From a virus, in IMG/VR virus record IMGVR_UViG_3300045988_085176: 57,021 nt of DNA; one strand, written 5' to 3'. Both the position numbers and the translations under genes were made by a program. Shown here one piece after another: positions 47,641 to 55,813 of this stretch (position 1 is its first letter; each line of letters begins with the position of its first letter). The notes under the pieces were generated by a model that was given only the letters and a program-made list of their open reading frames with translations, was not told where the DNA came from and ran no database searches.

Positions 47641-47857
47641 TTCTATTCTCCAATCTGTATTCGGCATAGCTGACACTATCGCCATACCTGTTTTTTCCTG
47701 ATACCATGCGGCGTGAGATAGGATGTCCAGCATGACGCAGGTCCCAGATACGGGCCCCCAGGCGGTAGCATCCAAGGTCCTGAATAGCCTGCATGGGGTT
47801 GATGGTCCCAAAGTCCTCCATATAGTGCAGCACTCGCTCACACTGTGTCAGTCCCAT
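47633..47857 (-). CDS. Winged-helix DNA-binding protein (HTH_39-like)
   Basis: INPMQAIQDLGCYRLGARIWDLRHAGHPI...YAEYRL. Confidence 0.5.
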   Translation of the reverse strand: MGLTQCERVLHYMEDFGTINPMQAIQDLGCYRLGARIWDLRHAGHPISRRMVSGKNRYGDSVSYAEYRLENRNA

Positions 47858-48192
47858 TTTTTGTACCTCACCTTCTCCTCGCTCCAGTTAGGGTAAAATC
47901 CTTTGAGGTAGTCGATGATATAAGTACGGATGTCCTCCCGGCTGTTAAATCCCAACGGGCGAAGCCGGTCCATAAACAGTCCTTCATCAAAAGCATAGTG
48001 ACATTTATCACAGAGGGTGACGATGTTCTCCTCGACCCCCATTCCGCCCTGAGATCTGCGCACCACATGACAGTGGGGACCGCCAGGAGCACCGCAGAGG
48101 ATACAGGTTGCCGGGCCGTGGGTACAGTCTCTTTCGGCCACAGCAGCCTTTACCTTCGCCGGAATGGATGTTGCCCTAGTCTGACGATGCAT
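47848..48192 (-). CDS. HNH endonuclease
   Basis: CILCG...HCHVVRRSQGG...NIVTLCDKCH. Confidence 0.6.
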   Translation of the reverse strand: MHRQTRATSIPAKVKAAVAERDCTHGPATCILCGAPGGPHCHVVRRSQGGMGVEENIVTLCDKCHYAFDEGLFMDRLRPLGFNSREDIRTYIIDYLKGFYPNWSEEKVRYKKWD

Positions 48193-48715
48193 GTCCCCAC
48201 TTCTCCTTCATAGCCGCAAGCTTTTCAGGCGGCAATGTCTCGATTCCAAGGTCTTTACAGTCCTGCACGATGCTGTCAATGAGTCTGGACATCTGCTTTG
48301 TGTTATAGGTAGAGGAACCATAGTAGGCCCTCACCACCACCCGGTCTCCGTCTCGGCCATAGTCTACCTGTTCTGTGGGCCATCCGGTGCCAAGCTTCTC
48401 CCATGCCACTCGGAAAGTCTTTGCTTCATCCTCGGTCAATGAAAAGTCCTTATATGGACCAACTTCCCGAACCTTCTGGAGATAGATTTCCTCCTTCATG
48501 GATCGGATAGCGTCCGCCAGCTTGTCCAAAAGGACCCAACAGTAGGCATTGGCATCCAGGCTCCGCTTTTCCCGGTGCTCCTTGATCTCGCAGTCATAGA
48601 GACGATTTTGCTTGTCAAGGATGAAGGTTCTGGCTAAAGCCGGCTCATTGACTTTTATACAGAGCCATACCCCGCCGTCCATCTGTATCTTGGCATCTTG
48701 AAATGTAAGATTCAT
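48176..48715 (-). CDS. Recombination-module protein (putative HNHc_6-like nuclease)
   Basis: KRSLDANAYCWVLLDKLA motif. Lies between the Erf and HNH genes. Confidence 0.4.
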   Translation of the reverse strand: MNLTFQDAKIQMDGGVWLCIKVNEPALARTFILDKQNRLYDCEIKEHREKRSLDANAYCWVLLDKLADAIRSMKEEIYLQKVREVGPYKDFSLTEDEAKTFRVAWEKLGTGWPTEQVDYGRDGDRVVVRAYYGSSTYNTKQMSRLIDSIVQDCKDLGIETLPPEKLAAMKEKWGHASSD

Positions 48716-49311
48716 TTACTTGCCGCCTTTTCAGCCGAAAAAGCTTTCTTTTGGCACGCCGGACATAAGGGACGCCCAAATCTTCCGGTGGAGTATGTCA
48801 CGATCTCTTGTGCAGGCCAATCGCTTCCATCTCGTTTCAAAGTCCCAAATATGGTTTGTCCACAGTCAGAGCAAAGCGTCCCATGGTGTGATTCATTCCC
48901 TCTTCTGGTCCGCTCATTATATTCGTCCGTGTCCGCATCCTTGGTATCGTCAATACAGAACAGACCATTCAGAGCGTATTTTCTAGCATAGCTGGATGCG
49001 GTTCCGGTAATCTGAGCCTCATCCATTCCCTTCTTCTCAAACGCTTCACGAGCGTATGCGCTGTTTTTAATGGCTGCTTCGCTGTCTGTATCCCTAAGTG
49101 TTGCGGTAGCGCAGATATAATACCGGTCGCCTACATTCATCAAATCGTCTCCGACCGTGAGGACAAGCCCATATTTCTTCAACAGTGGTTTTACTGCTTC
49201 CAGAATATCCTCACAAGAGCGGTATTTATAGCCACCAAATTTATTTGTCTGTCCTTTAGGCGCTTTCAGCTCTGATTGCAGAGCCAAAACTCGTAAAATA
49301 AAGCTCTCCAT
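48712..49311 (-). CDS. Erf-family single-strand annealing protein
   Basis: KAPKGQTNKFGGYKYRSCEDILEAVKPLL; C-terminal Zn ribbon CSDCG...CPAC. Confidence 0.75.
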   Translation of the reverse strand: MESFILRVLALQSELKAPKGQTNKFGGYKYRSCEDILEAVKPLLKKYGLVLTVGDDLMNVGDRYYICATATLRDTDSEAAIKNSAYAREAFEKKGMDEAQITGTASSYARKYALNGLFCIDDTKDADTDEYNERTRRGNESHHGTLCSDCGQTIFGTLKRDGSDWPAQEIVTYSTGRFGRPLCPACQKKAFSAEKAASK

Positions 49312-49320
49312 ATCTTCCTC

Positions 49321-49536
49321 CTAATTCAGCCATTCCCGGTAGTCCGGTCCGTTCATTTCAATGTATTCCTCTAAGATATCCGGGTATCCAAGGCGAAGCC
49401 ATCTGATAAGGAGATCGGGTCTCTCATTGATAAACTGCTCCCGATTCTCTGGGCTGTCTTGATTCTCTGAGTTCACATATTCTGGATATCCCGTCCGCAT
49501 GGCAGCGGTGATGTCTGGATGTTCGATGTTCTCCAT
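49321..49536 (-). CDS. Hypothetical protein
   Basis: Start MENIEHPD; 71 aa. Confidence 0.5.
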   Translation of the reverse strand: MENIEHPDITAAMRTGYPEYVNSENQDSPENREQFINERPDLLIRWLRLGYPDILEEYIEMNGPDYREWLN

Positions 49537-49540
49537 TTCA

Positions 49541-49663
49541 TCACCCCATGACCCAAAAGGCAAATGCCATACCGCCCCAGAAGGTCAGGCAGAGCATTGC
49601 TCCTATTCCGATCATCCACCGGACCTCTCGGGCCCTCTGGCGGCGCTCTTCTCGTGTTCTCAT
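49541..49663 (-). CDS. Micro-ORF: 40-aa basic N-terminus plus TM peptide
   Basis: MRTREERRQRAREVRWMIGIGAMLCLTFWGGMAFAFWVMG behind AGGAGAAGGAAG. Confidence 0.4.
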   Translation of the reverse strand: MRTREERRQRAREVRWMIGIGAMLCLTFWGGMAFAFWVMG

Positions 49664-49743
49664 TTCTTCCTTCTCCTATCCCATATGTCCCAAATTATCA
49701 GCGCCATTGCTACAATAATGCAGGCGTATGCGCCCACGAGCAT
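49660..49743 (-). CDS. Micro-ORF: 27-aa TM peptide
   Basis: MLVGAYACIIVAMALIIWDIWDRRRKK; ATGA overlap with the next micro-ORF. Confidence 0.3.
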   Translation of the reverse strand: MLVGAYACIIVAMALIIWDIWDRRRKK

Positions 49744-49747
49744 CCAG

Positions 49748-49948
49748 TCACGCAAGCTGCTTTCCTCCCAACGTCATCAAATAAAACCACTGCTCCTGAG
49801 TGAGACGAACCTCCTGCTCGTCCAAGATCTTTGCAATAGAGCCTTCGCCGCATCCGATCTCATGGGCAAGGCCCCTTTGTGAGAGCCGGTGCCGCTCCAT
49901 AGCTTGCTGGGTGATGCGGCGGATGGTCTCATTCGGCGTCATCGTCAC
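49748..49948 (-). CDS. Small HTH protein
   Basis: LSQRGLAHEIGCGEGSIAKIL resembles an XRE-type HTH. Confidence 0.45.
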   Translation of the reverse strand: MTMTPNETIRRITQQAMERHRLSQRGLAHEIGCGEGSIAKILDEQEVRLTQEQWFYLMTLGGKQLA

Positions 49949-50075
49949 GCCTCCCCATATACCGGATCAGCTCATCAAACGTCATGCCATAGGCCGCCCG
50001 GTTCAAGCGGTCCATCAGGAGTTTAGTGTTGCTGGCCTGACGCTCAAGGTCTTTTATTGTACTTTTCTCATCCAT
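49929..50075 (-). CDS. Small hypothetical protein
   Basis: Start MDEKSTIKDL behind GGAAGGAG; 48 aa. Confidence 0.4.
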   Translation of the reverse strand: MDEKSTIKDLERQASNTKLLMDRLNRAAYGMTFDELIRYMGRRDDDAE

Positions 50076-50203
50076 ATTCTTTCTCCTTCCTCTTGACAGG
50101 CTCGAAAGAACATGGTACATTCGTTCTATCAAGCCTGACTGCCGCTTTCAATCAGGTTTGCTAGCCTCGGTCGGCGGTGGTGCGCTGGCCGGGGCGCTTT
50201 TAT

Positions 50204-50986
50204 TTACAGGAGATTTGGCAACCGGTTGGCCTCTCTCTGAGCGAAGTTGTAAGCTAGCAAAATCTGGACAGCGTATTTTCTAGCTCCAGATGTCCTATCC
50301 ACTTGTGCATCTCTTACGATATCATTCGGATTTTTCTTTGACAGTTTCTCAATTAGGATATCCTCTTTAAACTGACCTTTGTATGTCCTCATGAACAGTC
50401 CAAGTCCGCGAAGAATTTGTGCCTGTGCGCCCGCTGGTTCTCCATTCCAAGACTGTTTGATTACTCGAATGTAACACCCATAAAGATCATTGTCGTTAAA
50501 AGAAAGGAACTCGTTCCAAAGTGTACTGACCGCTATAACCGCGTTTTTTGCCTTATTCCCTGTCCACGATATTTCAAGGCCGTTCTTTTCCGTAATTCGT
50601 TGAAAATCCATGGACTTCTGATCTCCGTAATTCCCTAAAACACGAATTTTATCGGTTAATGTAACACGGCTTGTTGTACCTCTTTGATTGATGAACATAT
50701 TAGCTGCGTCCATCTTTGTCATTCCGTTATAGACCCGACACTTTACGCAGAGGTCACGACCAGCGTTTCTGGCCTTTAAGACCTTCATAGTCATCTGGCC
50801 GTCAAAGCAGTAATACTTTCCATCAATTAGCGCAACGCTGATAGGCTGGATGAGATTCGGGTCGAATGTACGCATGATCTTGTTGAACTGTGCCCGTCTC
50901 CGGTTTACATCTCTTTGACCGAGGTCATCAATCAGAATGTCCTTTGTGTTAAGGTCTAAAAGCTGGACTTCAATTTTCTGTGCCAT
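50204..50986 (-). CDS. ParB/Srx-fold protein (DUF6551/DGQHR-like)
   Basis: LIDDLGQRD...ISVALIDGKYYCFDGQMT. Confidence 0.55.
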   Translation of the reverse strand: MAQKIEVQLLDLNTKDILIDDLGQRDVNRRRAQFNKIMRTFDPNLIQPISVALIDGKYYCFDGQMTMKVLKARNAGRDLCVKCRVYNGMTKMDAANMFINQRGTTSRVTLTDKIRVLGNYGDQKSMDFQRITEKNGLEISWTGNKAKNAVIAVSTLWNEFLSFNDNDLYGCYIRVIKQSWNGEPAGAQAQILRGLGLFMRTYKGQFKEDILIEKLSKKNPNDIVRDAQVDRTSGARKYAVQILLAYNFAQREANRLPNLL

Positions 50987-51875
50987 TCTCGCTCACCATC
51001 CTTATCATGTTTTTATATTTTTCGATGACCTCAATGCCCCTGTCCAGTTCCTTCATAGCAGCGTCACGCCCAGACGGAATATCAAGCATTTCCCGATGGA
51101 CAAGAACCATATGCTGTTTCAAAGAAGCATCCAGGGCCTTGATAGCTGTATGGATAAGCTCCTGAAACTCCGCTACGGTAAATGGAGCAGGAGGGACTTC
51201 CGGCTCAACCTTTGGGATAGGGCGGAGGATCGCCTTCGCGGTGTCCGTGTCGCCCTTCTTGATAGCCTCCACAGCCTCGCGTTTCTTTTCCTCCAGGGCG
51301 TTTCGGATTTCGGAGATAACAGACTTTGGAGCTTTTACTGTCCCTGACAGAACAGCTTCTTTAATGCCAGGAGAAACCTTCTCTGCCTCATCAAGTCCGC
51401 GGCTAAACTGAACAGCTCGTGTCACCGCAATCTCGCTGGAACCTATATCGGAAGCCACTTTCGCAGCTGTGTTGCGGAATTTTTGAAAAGCATCATTTTG
51501 ATGTTTTTCACTTTTGGCTTGAATATATTGGTTATTCGTCCCCTGTGTCATCCGCTGTGCTTCATACTGTTCGGCAATAATGCATAATCGCTGTGCATCA
51601 GTTAAATTCCTTCTGCCAAGTTGGTTTTTGCACATCCAAACAATAGCCGCCCACTTATCAGGGAAGTCCATCTGCTTAACCTTGAATGGGATTTCCGGGT
51701 GTTTCTGGACGATTTTGTAACGGTGATGCCCATCAATGATGGTGTTGTGCCACACCACAAGCGGCTCTCGGACCTCCCCATCAGTGACGATATTTTCTTC
51801 CAGTTTGGAAAACTCGTCTGCTGACAAGGGTGGTATCTTATCCCGAAATTCGGGATCAACATTTAGCTGTCTCAC
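50970..51875 (-). CDS. ParB-like nuclease domain protein
   Basis: GTG start behind AAGGAGG. EPLVVWHNTIIDGHHRYKI. Confidence 0.65.
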   Translation of the reverse strand: MRQLNVDPEFRDKIPPLSADEFSKLEENIVTDGEVREPLVVWHNTIIDGHHRYKIVQKHPEIPFKVKQMDFPDKWAAIVWMCKNQLGRRNLTDAQRLCIIAEQYEAQRMTQGTNNQYIQAKSEKHQNDAFQKFRNTAAKVASDIGSSEIAVTRAVQFSRGLDEAEKVSPGIKEAVLSGTVKAPKSVISEIRNALEEKKREAVEAIKKGDTDTAKAILRPIPKVEPEVPPAPFTVAEFQELIHTAIKALDASLKQHMVLVHREMLDIPSGRDAAMKELDRGIEVIEKYKNMIRMVSENGTEN

Positions 51876-51986
51876 ATTTCCTCCTTGTATTCCTCCCGCC
51901 CCCGTGTTACAATACAAGGGACAGGATGATTTCACTGGTCATCGGTTCTTGCCCTCTCCCGTGTGCCACCACGGGCGGGGGCATCC

Positions 51987-52250
51987 TTATACCATCCCAC
52001 GGCTCTGTACGATTGCCTTAGCCACAAGATCTGTTTCATAGCCTCGCTTTCTTGCTCCAAGGCGGACGGCTGGAACATCGTGTTCTTGGGCCCATCGGTC
52101 CCCGCTGGATGGCTTTGGATAATATCCCATCTCCCGAGCCACGTCTACAGGGGACATGATCCCGCCGTGTCTCTCATACAGTAGCCGACGCTTTTCAGCT
52201 ATCTCTTTGCCCAGCGCACTTTCTGTTTGCTGGGTCTCTCTTCTTTGCAT
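51987..52250 (-). CDS. Putative DNA-binding protein (excisionase/PrtN-like)
   Basis: 87 aa. The segment IMSPVDVAREMGYY is HTH-like. Weak call. Confidence 0.3.
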   Translation of the reverse strand: MQRRETQQTESALGKEIAEKRRLLYERHGGIMSPVDVAREMGYYPKPSSGDRWAQEHDVPAVRLGARKRGYETDLVAKAIVQSRGMV

Positions 52251-52393
52251 GGCTCCTCCTTTCTCGTGCCCCGCCCCGTCAGGGGCGGATTATTTTTCCA
52301 TTTTTATGGAATAGTCCGGTTTATTGTACTTCTGTGCTGGTATCCTGATTGCAATCCTGAATCTCCAAAATATCCCGGATAGACTGGACAATC

Positions 52394-52705
52394 TTAGGCG
52401 TGGAGAGGAAGAAGATATTCCGGAATGTCAGGAGGGAGATCATCAGGGGTGAAAGGATCATTGTTGAACGCTTTTCTCCCAGATTGCTCAATACCTGAAA
52501 GCCATGCCTCGGTTTCCTCTCTTGTTCTCTTTTTGGGCTTATCAGACCTAAAAAGCCCGTAATACCCAGACTCATAACCAAACATTTGCGGGCAGAGAGA
52601 ACAATCCCATTCTCCGGTTTGAATACGTTCAATTACTTCCGCTCGGTTGTTTGTAAAAATCATATCCGGGTCAATGTACTGGTAGCTTATATTCATTGCG
52701 CTCAA
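52394..52705 (-). CDS. Hypothetical early protein
   Basis: 103-aa ORF. Confidence 0.5.
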   Translation of the reverse strand: MSAMNISYQYIDPDMIFTNNRAEVIERIQTGEWDCSLCPQMFGYESGYYGLFRSDKPKKRTREETEAWLSGIEQSGRKAFNNDPFTPDDLPPDIPEYLLPLHA

Positions 52706-52776
52706 CGCCTTTTTTGTTCATCGTTTACCTCCGCTCCCTGCTGTGATATACTTTCAGTCGGGAAGGAGGTGAAAGT

Positions 52777-52941
52777 GTGGAGATCAAAAATCAGTATGCG
52801 GCCATCGTTGCACTGGCCCGGTTATGTGGAGTGACCGGGGACGACAAGGAAATTTTTGATAAGTTTTGGGAGAACTATCAGAAAGTCTTGTCGCGTCCAG
52901 TAGAACTCGCAAAGGTCGAGATCAAAAAGAGACCTTACTGA
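52777..52941 (+). CDS. Candidate + strand small ORF (54 aa) inside the early leftward operon
   Basis: GTG behind AGGAGG (7-nt spacing). VEIKNQYAAIVALARLCGVTGDDKEIFDKFWENYQKV... TGATATACT extended -10 upstream. Confidence 0.3.
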   Translation: MEIKNQYAAIVALARLCGVTGDDKEIFDKFWENYQKVLSRPVELAKVEIKKRPY

Positions 52942-53153
52942 CCTGTTTCATCGCTCGGAAAAGTAGACCTCCGTTCAAGAGCCATCTCCGCCGCGGCGAG
53001 GATGGCTTTTGAATACGCCACGCTCCGCTTATCTCCGATTTGAAGGATAGCGATAATTGCGTTTGCCTTGTCGGCCCCTTCATCGCCAAGACGCCCTCTG
53101 ACCTCTTTTTCATAAGAAGGAAATGCTTCAAATCTTTCTTTTGCTGTACTCAT
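52935..53153 (-). CDS. Hypothetical early protein
   Basis: 72-aa ORF directly after the Cro-like gene. Confidence 0.5.
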   Translation of the reverse strand: MSTAKERFEAFPSYEKEVRGRLGDEGADKANAIIAILQIGDKRSVAYSKAILAAAEMALERRSTFPSDETGQ

Positions 53154-53188
53154 GTTGTGTTACCCCCTTCCTTATTCACCGTTCCGTT

Positions 53189-53395
53189 TTATTGGACTTC
53201 TGTTGTGCTACCATCTTCTGCAAGAAGGTAGTCCACGGTTACGCCATAAAGTTTTGCGACTTCAATGATTCGTTTTGTGTTGGGTGTAGTAACTCCTGTT
53301 TCCCATTGATAAACAGCGGCATCCGATACAGATAGGGCCTCAACAACTTGAGCAACAGACAAACCGGCAGAAAGCCTCGCTGTTCTGAAATTCAC
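53189..53395 (-). CDS. Cro-like XRE-family HTH repressor
   Basis: LSVAQVVEALSVSDAAVYQWETG. Probable GTG start behind GGGGGTG (ORF is open to 53410). Confidence 0.7.
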   Translation of the reverse strand: MNFRTARLSAGLSVAQVVEALSVSDAAVYQWETGVTTPNTKRIIEVAKLYGVTVDYLLAEDGSTTEVQ

Positions 53396-53424
53396 TTTTT
53401 CACCCCCCAATTACTAAGTTTTAC

Positions 53425-53453
53425 TTGACAACTTAGTGAGGATAGCTTAATAT
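53425..53453 (+). promoter_or_regulatory. Rightward promoter (toward the repressor gene)
   Basis: TTGACA, 17-nt spacer, TAATAT. Confidence 0.5.
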
Positions 53454-53535
53454 AGGAAGTGCCAACAACACTATATTAAGCAATCGCTCCGCTAAGTAGG
53501 GGCTCAGTTTTTTGTTGCCTGCGCCCTATATGCTA

Positions 53536-53564
53536 AGTATATACTAAGTTATTCTTTATGTCAA
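53536..53564 (-). promoter_or_regulatory. Leftward promoter (toward cro and the early genes)
   Basis: On the - strand: TTGACA, 17-nt spacer, TATACT. Confidence 0.5.
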
Positions 53565-53585
53565 GGAAAACTTAGCATTTTCTTA

Positions 53586-53984
53586 GTGTGTGGTTTGCAC
53601 AAAAAAGAGGTGCTAAGATTGAGCGAAGTAACGAAAAGAATAGACAATGTTCTTCGGGAAAAAGGAATATCAAAAAAAGATTTCTATGAAGCTTGCGATA
53701 TTACATCGTCCGCATATTCTCAGTGGAACACTGGGAAAACAGAGCCAAGGACTGCAAAGCTTAAAGAAATATCCAATTATTTGAATATCATGTACGAGTG
53801 GCTTGCTTTTGGTGTCGGAAAAAAAGAAAAAGCGCCCACCCCGGAGGGTGAGCGCGAGATTACAATGGATGATTTTACCTATGCTTTTTACAAAGAGTCC
53901 AGGGACCTCCCAGACGAAAAGAAAAAGATGCTTCTTGATATGGCCCGTTTTATGAAATCGGACATAGAAAAAGGGAAAGGGTAA
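53586..53984 (+). CDS. CI/ImmR-like XRE-family repressor
   Basis: ISKKDFYEACDITSSAYSQWNTGKTEP HTH. The more likely start is TTG at 53619 behind AGAGGTG. Confidence 0.75.
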   Translation: MCGLHKKEVLRLSEVTKRIDNVLREKGISKKDFYEACDITSSAYSQWNTGKTEPRTAKLKEISNYLNIMYEWLAFGVGKKEKAPTPEGEREITMDDFTYAFYKESRDLPDEKKKMLLDMARFMKSDIEKGKG

Positions 53985-53990
53985 CATTAT

Positions 53991-54419
53991 ATGGAGCGGC
54001 TTTTATCACTTTATCAGAAGTTAAGAGAATCTGGAACCAGATTTTATATGTGGTCCCTGCAAGGTGATAAAGCTGTTACTATGGAAGTTGACGGATCTTA
54101 CGGTATCTTTATAGATTTTGATAATGTCGCTTCTTCAAGTGAGGAAGCTGTCATTGTTGCGCATGAAGGCGGACACGCCTCTACAGGAGCCACACATAAG
54201 GTGTGTAGTCCTTTCGACCTGGTAGAGAAGCATGAGCATAAGGCGTGGAAGTGGGCTGTGCAAAATTATATATCCGAAGAAGACCTGGATAATGCTGTTG
54301 CAGAAGGTTATACAGACATTTATTCATTAGCTGAACACTTTGGTGTGACTGAAGATTTTATGCGTAAGGTCGTTTGTTGGTACACTCACGGAAATCTAGC
54401 TACTGAGCTATACTTCTAG
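53991..54419 (+). CDS. immA: ImmA/IrrE-family metallopeptidase (anti-repressor protease)
   Basis: HEGGH (HExxH) motif. Lies immediately downstream of the repressor. Confidence 0.75.
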   Translation: MERLLSLYQKLRESGTRFYMWSLQGDKAVTMEVDGSYGIFIDFDNVASSSEEAVIVAHEGGHASTGATHKVCSPFDLVEKHEHKAWKWAVQNYISEEDLDNAVAEGYTDIYSLAEHFGVTEDFMRKVVCWYTHGNLATELYF

Positions 54420-54448
54420 AAACATAAAAATACCGAGGTCTTATCAAT

Positions 54449-54670
54449 ATGAACCATCTCACCCCCGAAAATATCACCTCATGGACCGTAGAGAGAATCA
54501 AGTCCCTGGACGATGACTCGTTCTGTTCTGAAGCTCGTGCGTTTCTGATGTACGCCCAGGCGCACCGGAAGGGAATGTCAGAGGAGGGGCTGCGGCATAT
54601 CATCCAGCAGACTGAGCAGATCAACGCAGAGCTGGACAGGAGAGAGGCGAGGAGAGGGAGGGGTAAATAA
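54449..54670 (+). CDS. Hypothetical protein
   Basis: 73-aa ORF in the lysogeny module. Confidence 0.5.
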   Translation: MNHLTPENITSWTVERIKSLDDDSFCSEARAFLMYAQAHRKGMSEEGLRHIIQQTEQINAELDRREARRGRGK

Positions 54671-54864
54671 GATCCCCGCCCAGTGCTGAAACACTGAACG
54701 GGAAAGAAAAATATCCTTTGACAAAATCTTTTCGGCCGCTTCAAATCAAACTTTTTCCTGAACTTACTCTGGTATTATTTGAAATTATGTAAGAAAATAA
54801 AACAAATAGAATAAAATCGATCTTCTATTTCGGCAGGGGGTATATAGATGAAAGGACAGATAAG

Positions 54865-55713
54865 ATGGACAAAAATCAAATCAGTAAACTAAAGCTAAGT
54901 TTTGATGAAATTGTACATACAACAGAAGATGGAGTGGAGTTCTGGTATGCGAGAGAATTACAGCGTGTTCTGGAATACGCAGAATGGCGTAACTTCTCTA
55001 CTGTAATTGAAAAAGCTAAAATTGCTTGCAGTAACAGCGGTATTCCACTAGAAGAATGTTTTGTTGATATCAACAAAACATCTCCTATGCCGAACGGCGG
55101 GACAAAAGAAATCGGGGATATTATGCTGACCCGCTATGCTTGCTATCTCATAGCACAAAACGGAAATCCACGGAAAAATGAAATTGCTTTTGCACAGACC
55201 TATTTTGCGGTCCAAACCCGCAAGCAAGAAATCATAGAGCAGAGACTTTCAGACTTGAATCGGCTACAACTTCGGGAGCAGTTAAAAACAGCGGAGAAGC
55301 GACTATCCCAAAATATATACGAACGTGGAGTAGACGAGCGAGGCTTTGGGCGTATTCGTTCAAAAGGAGATCAAGCATTATTTGGTGGATATACAACTGA
55401 TGATATGAAGAGAAAGTATGGTATTAAGTACGGACCGCTGGCAGACCGTTTGCCTCCAGTAACGATTGCCGCTAAAGGTCTTGCCACAGAAATGACCAAT
55501 CTAAATATCGAGGAAAATGATTTACAGGGAGAAGAGCCAATAACTCAAGAGCACGTTCAAAATAATCAGAGTGTTCGATCTATGCTTCAGGAGCGTGGAA
55601 TTACTCCAGAGGAGCTTCCCCCAGATGAAGACATAAAGAAAGTCGAGCGCAGAGTCAAAGCTGATGAAAAGAAATTGATAGGTAAATCAGGAAAATTATC
55701 CGTGGACGAATAA
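54865..55713 (+). CDS. dinD: DinD-like DNA-damage-inducible protein
   Basis: FWYARELQRVLEYAEWRNF...LTRYACYLIAQNGNPRKNEIAFAQTYFAVQTRKQE. Confidence 0.65.
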   Translation: MDKNQISKLKLSFDEIVHTTEDGVEFWYARELQRVLEYAEWRNFSTVIEKAKIACSNSGIPLEECFVDINKTSPMPNGGTKEIGDIMLTRYACYLIAQNGNPRKNEIAFAQTYFAVQTRKQEIIEQRLSDLNRLQLREQLKTAEKRLSQNIYERGVDERGFGRIRSKGDQALFGGYTTDDMKRKYGIKYGPLADRLPPVTIAAKGLATEMTNLNIEENDLQGEEPITQEHVQNNQSVRSMLQERGITPEELPPDEDIKKVERRVKADEKKLIGKSGKLSVDE

Positions 55714-55813
55714 AAATCCCCACCCGGCGCTACCAACACCAGGCAGGGAAGGGGGGCAGAAGCTATGGTCGGCAATCTGCCCTTCTATTTTATCAGAATA
55801 GGAGGCGTTGTCA

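Larger units (their letters stand above)
53413..53587. promoter_or_regulatory. Genetic-switch region with seven CTAAGT/ACTTAG half-sites
   Basis: Half-sites at 53413, 53431, 53482, 53532, 53543, 53570 and 53582. The first two form the palindrome ACTAAGT-N11-ACTTAGT. Confidence 0.7.

Noticed and set aside
54400-54744. 114-aa - strand ORF opposite 54449-54670
   Set aside because: It has low-complexity Ser/Cys/Phe composition, has no SD and is antisense within the + strand lysogeny operon.
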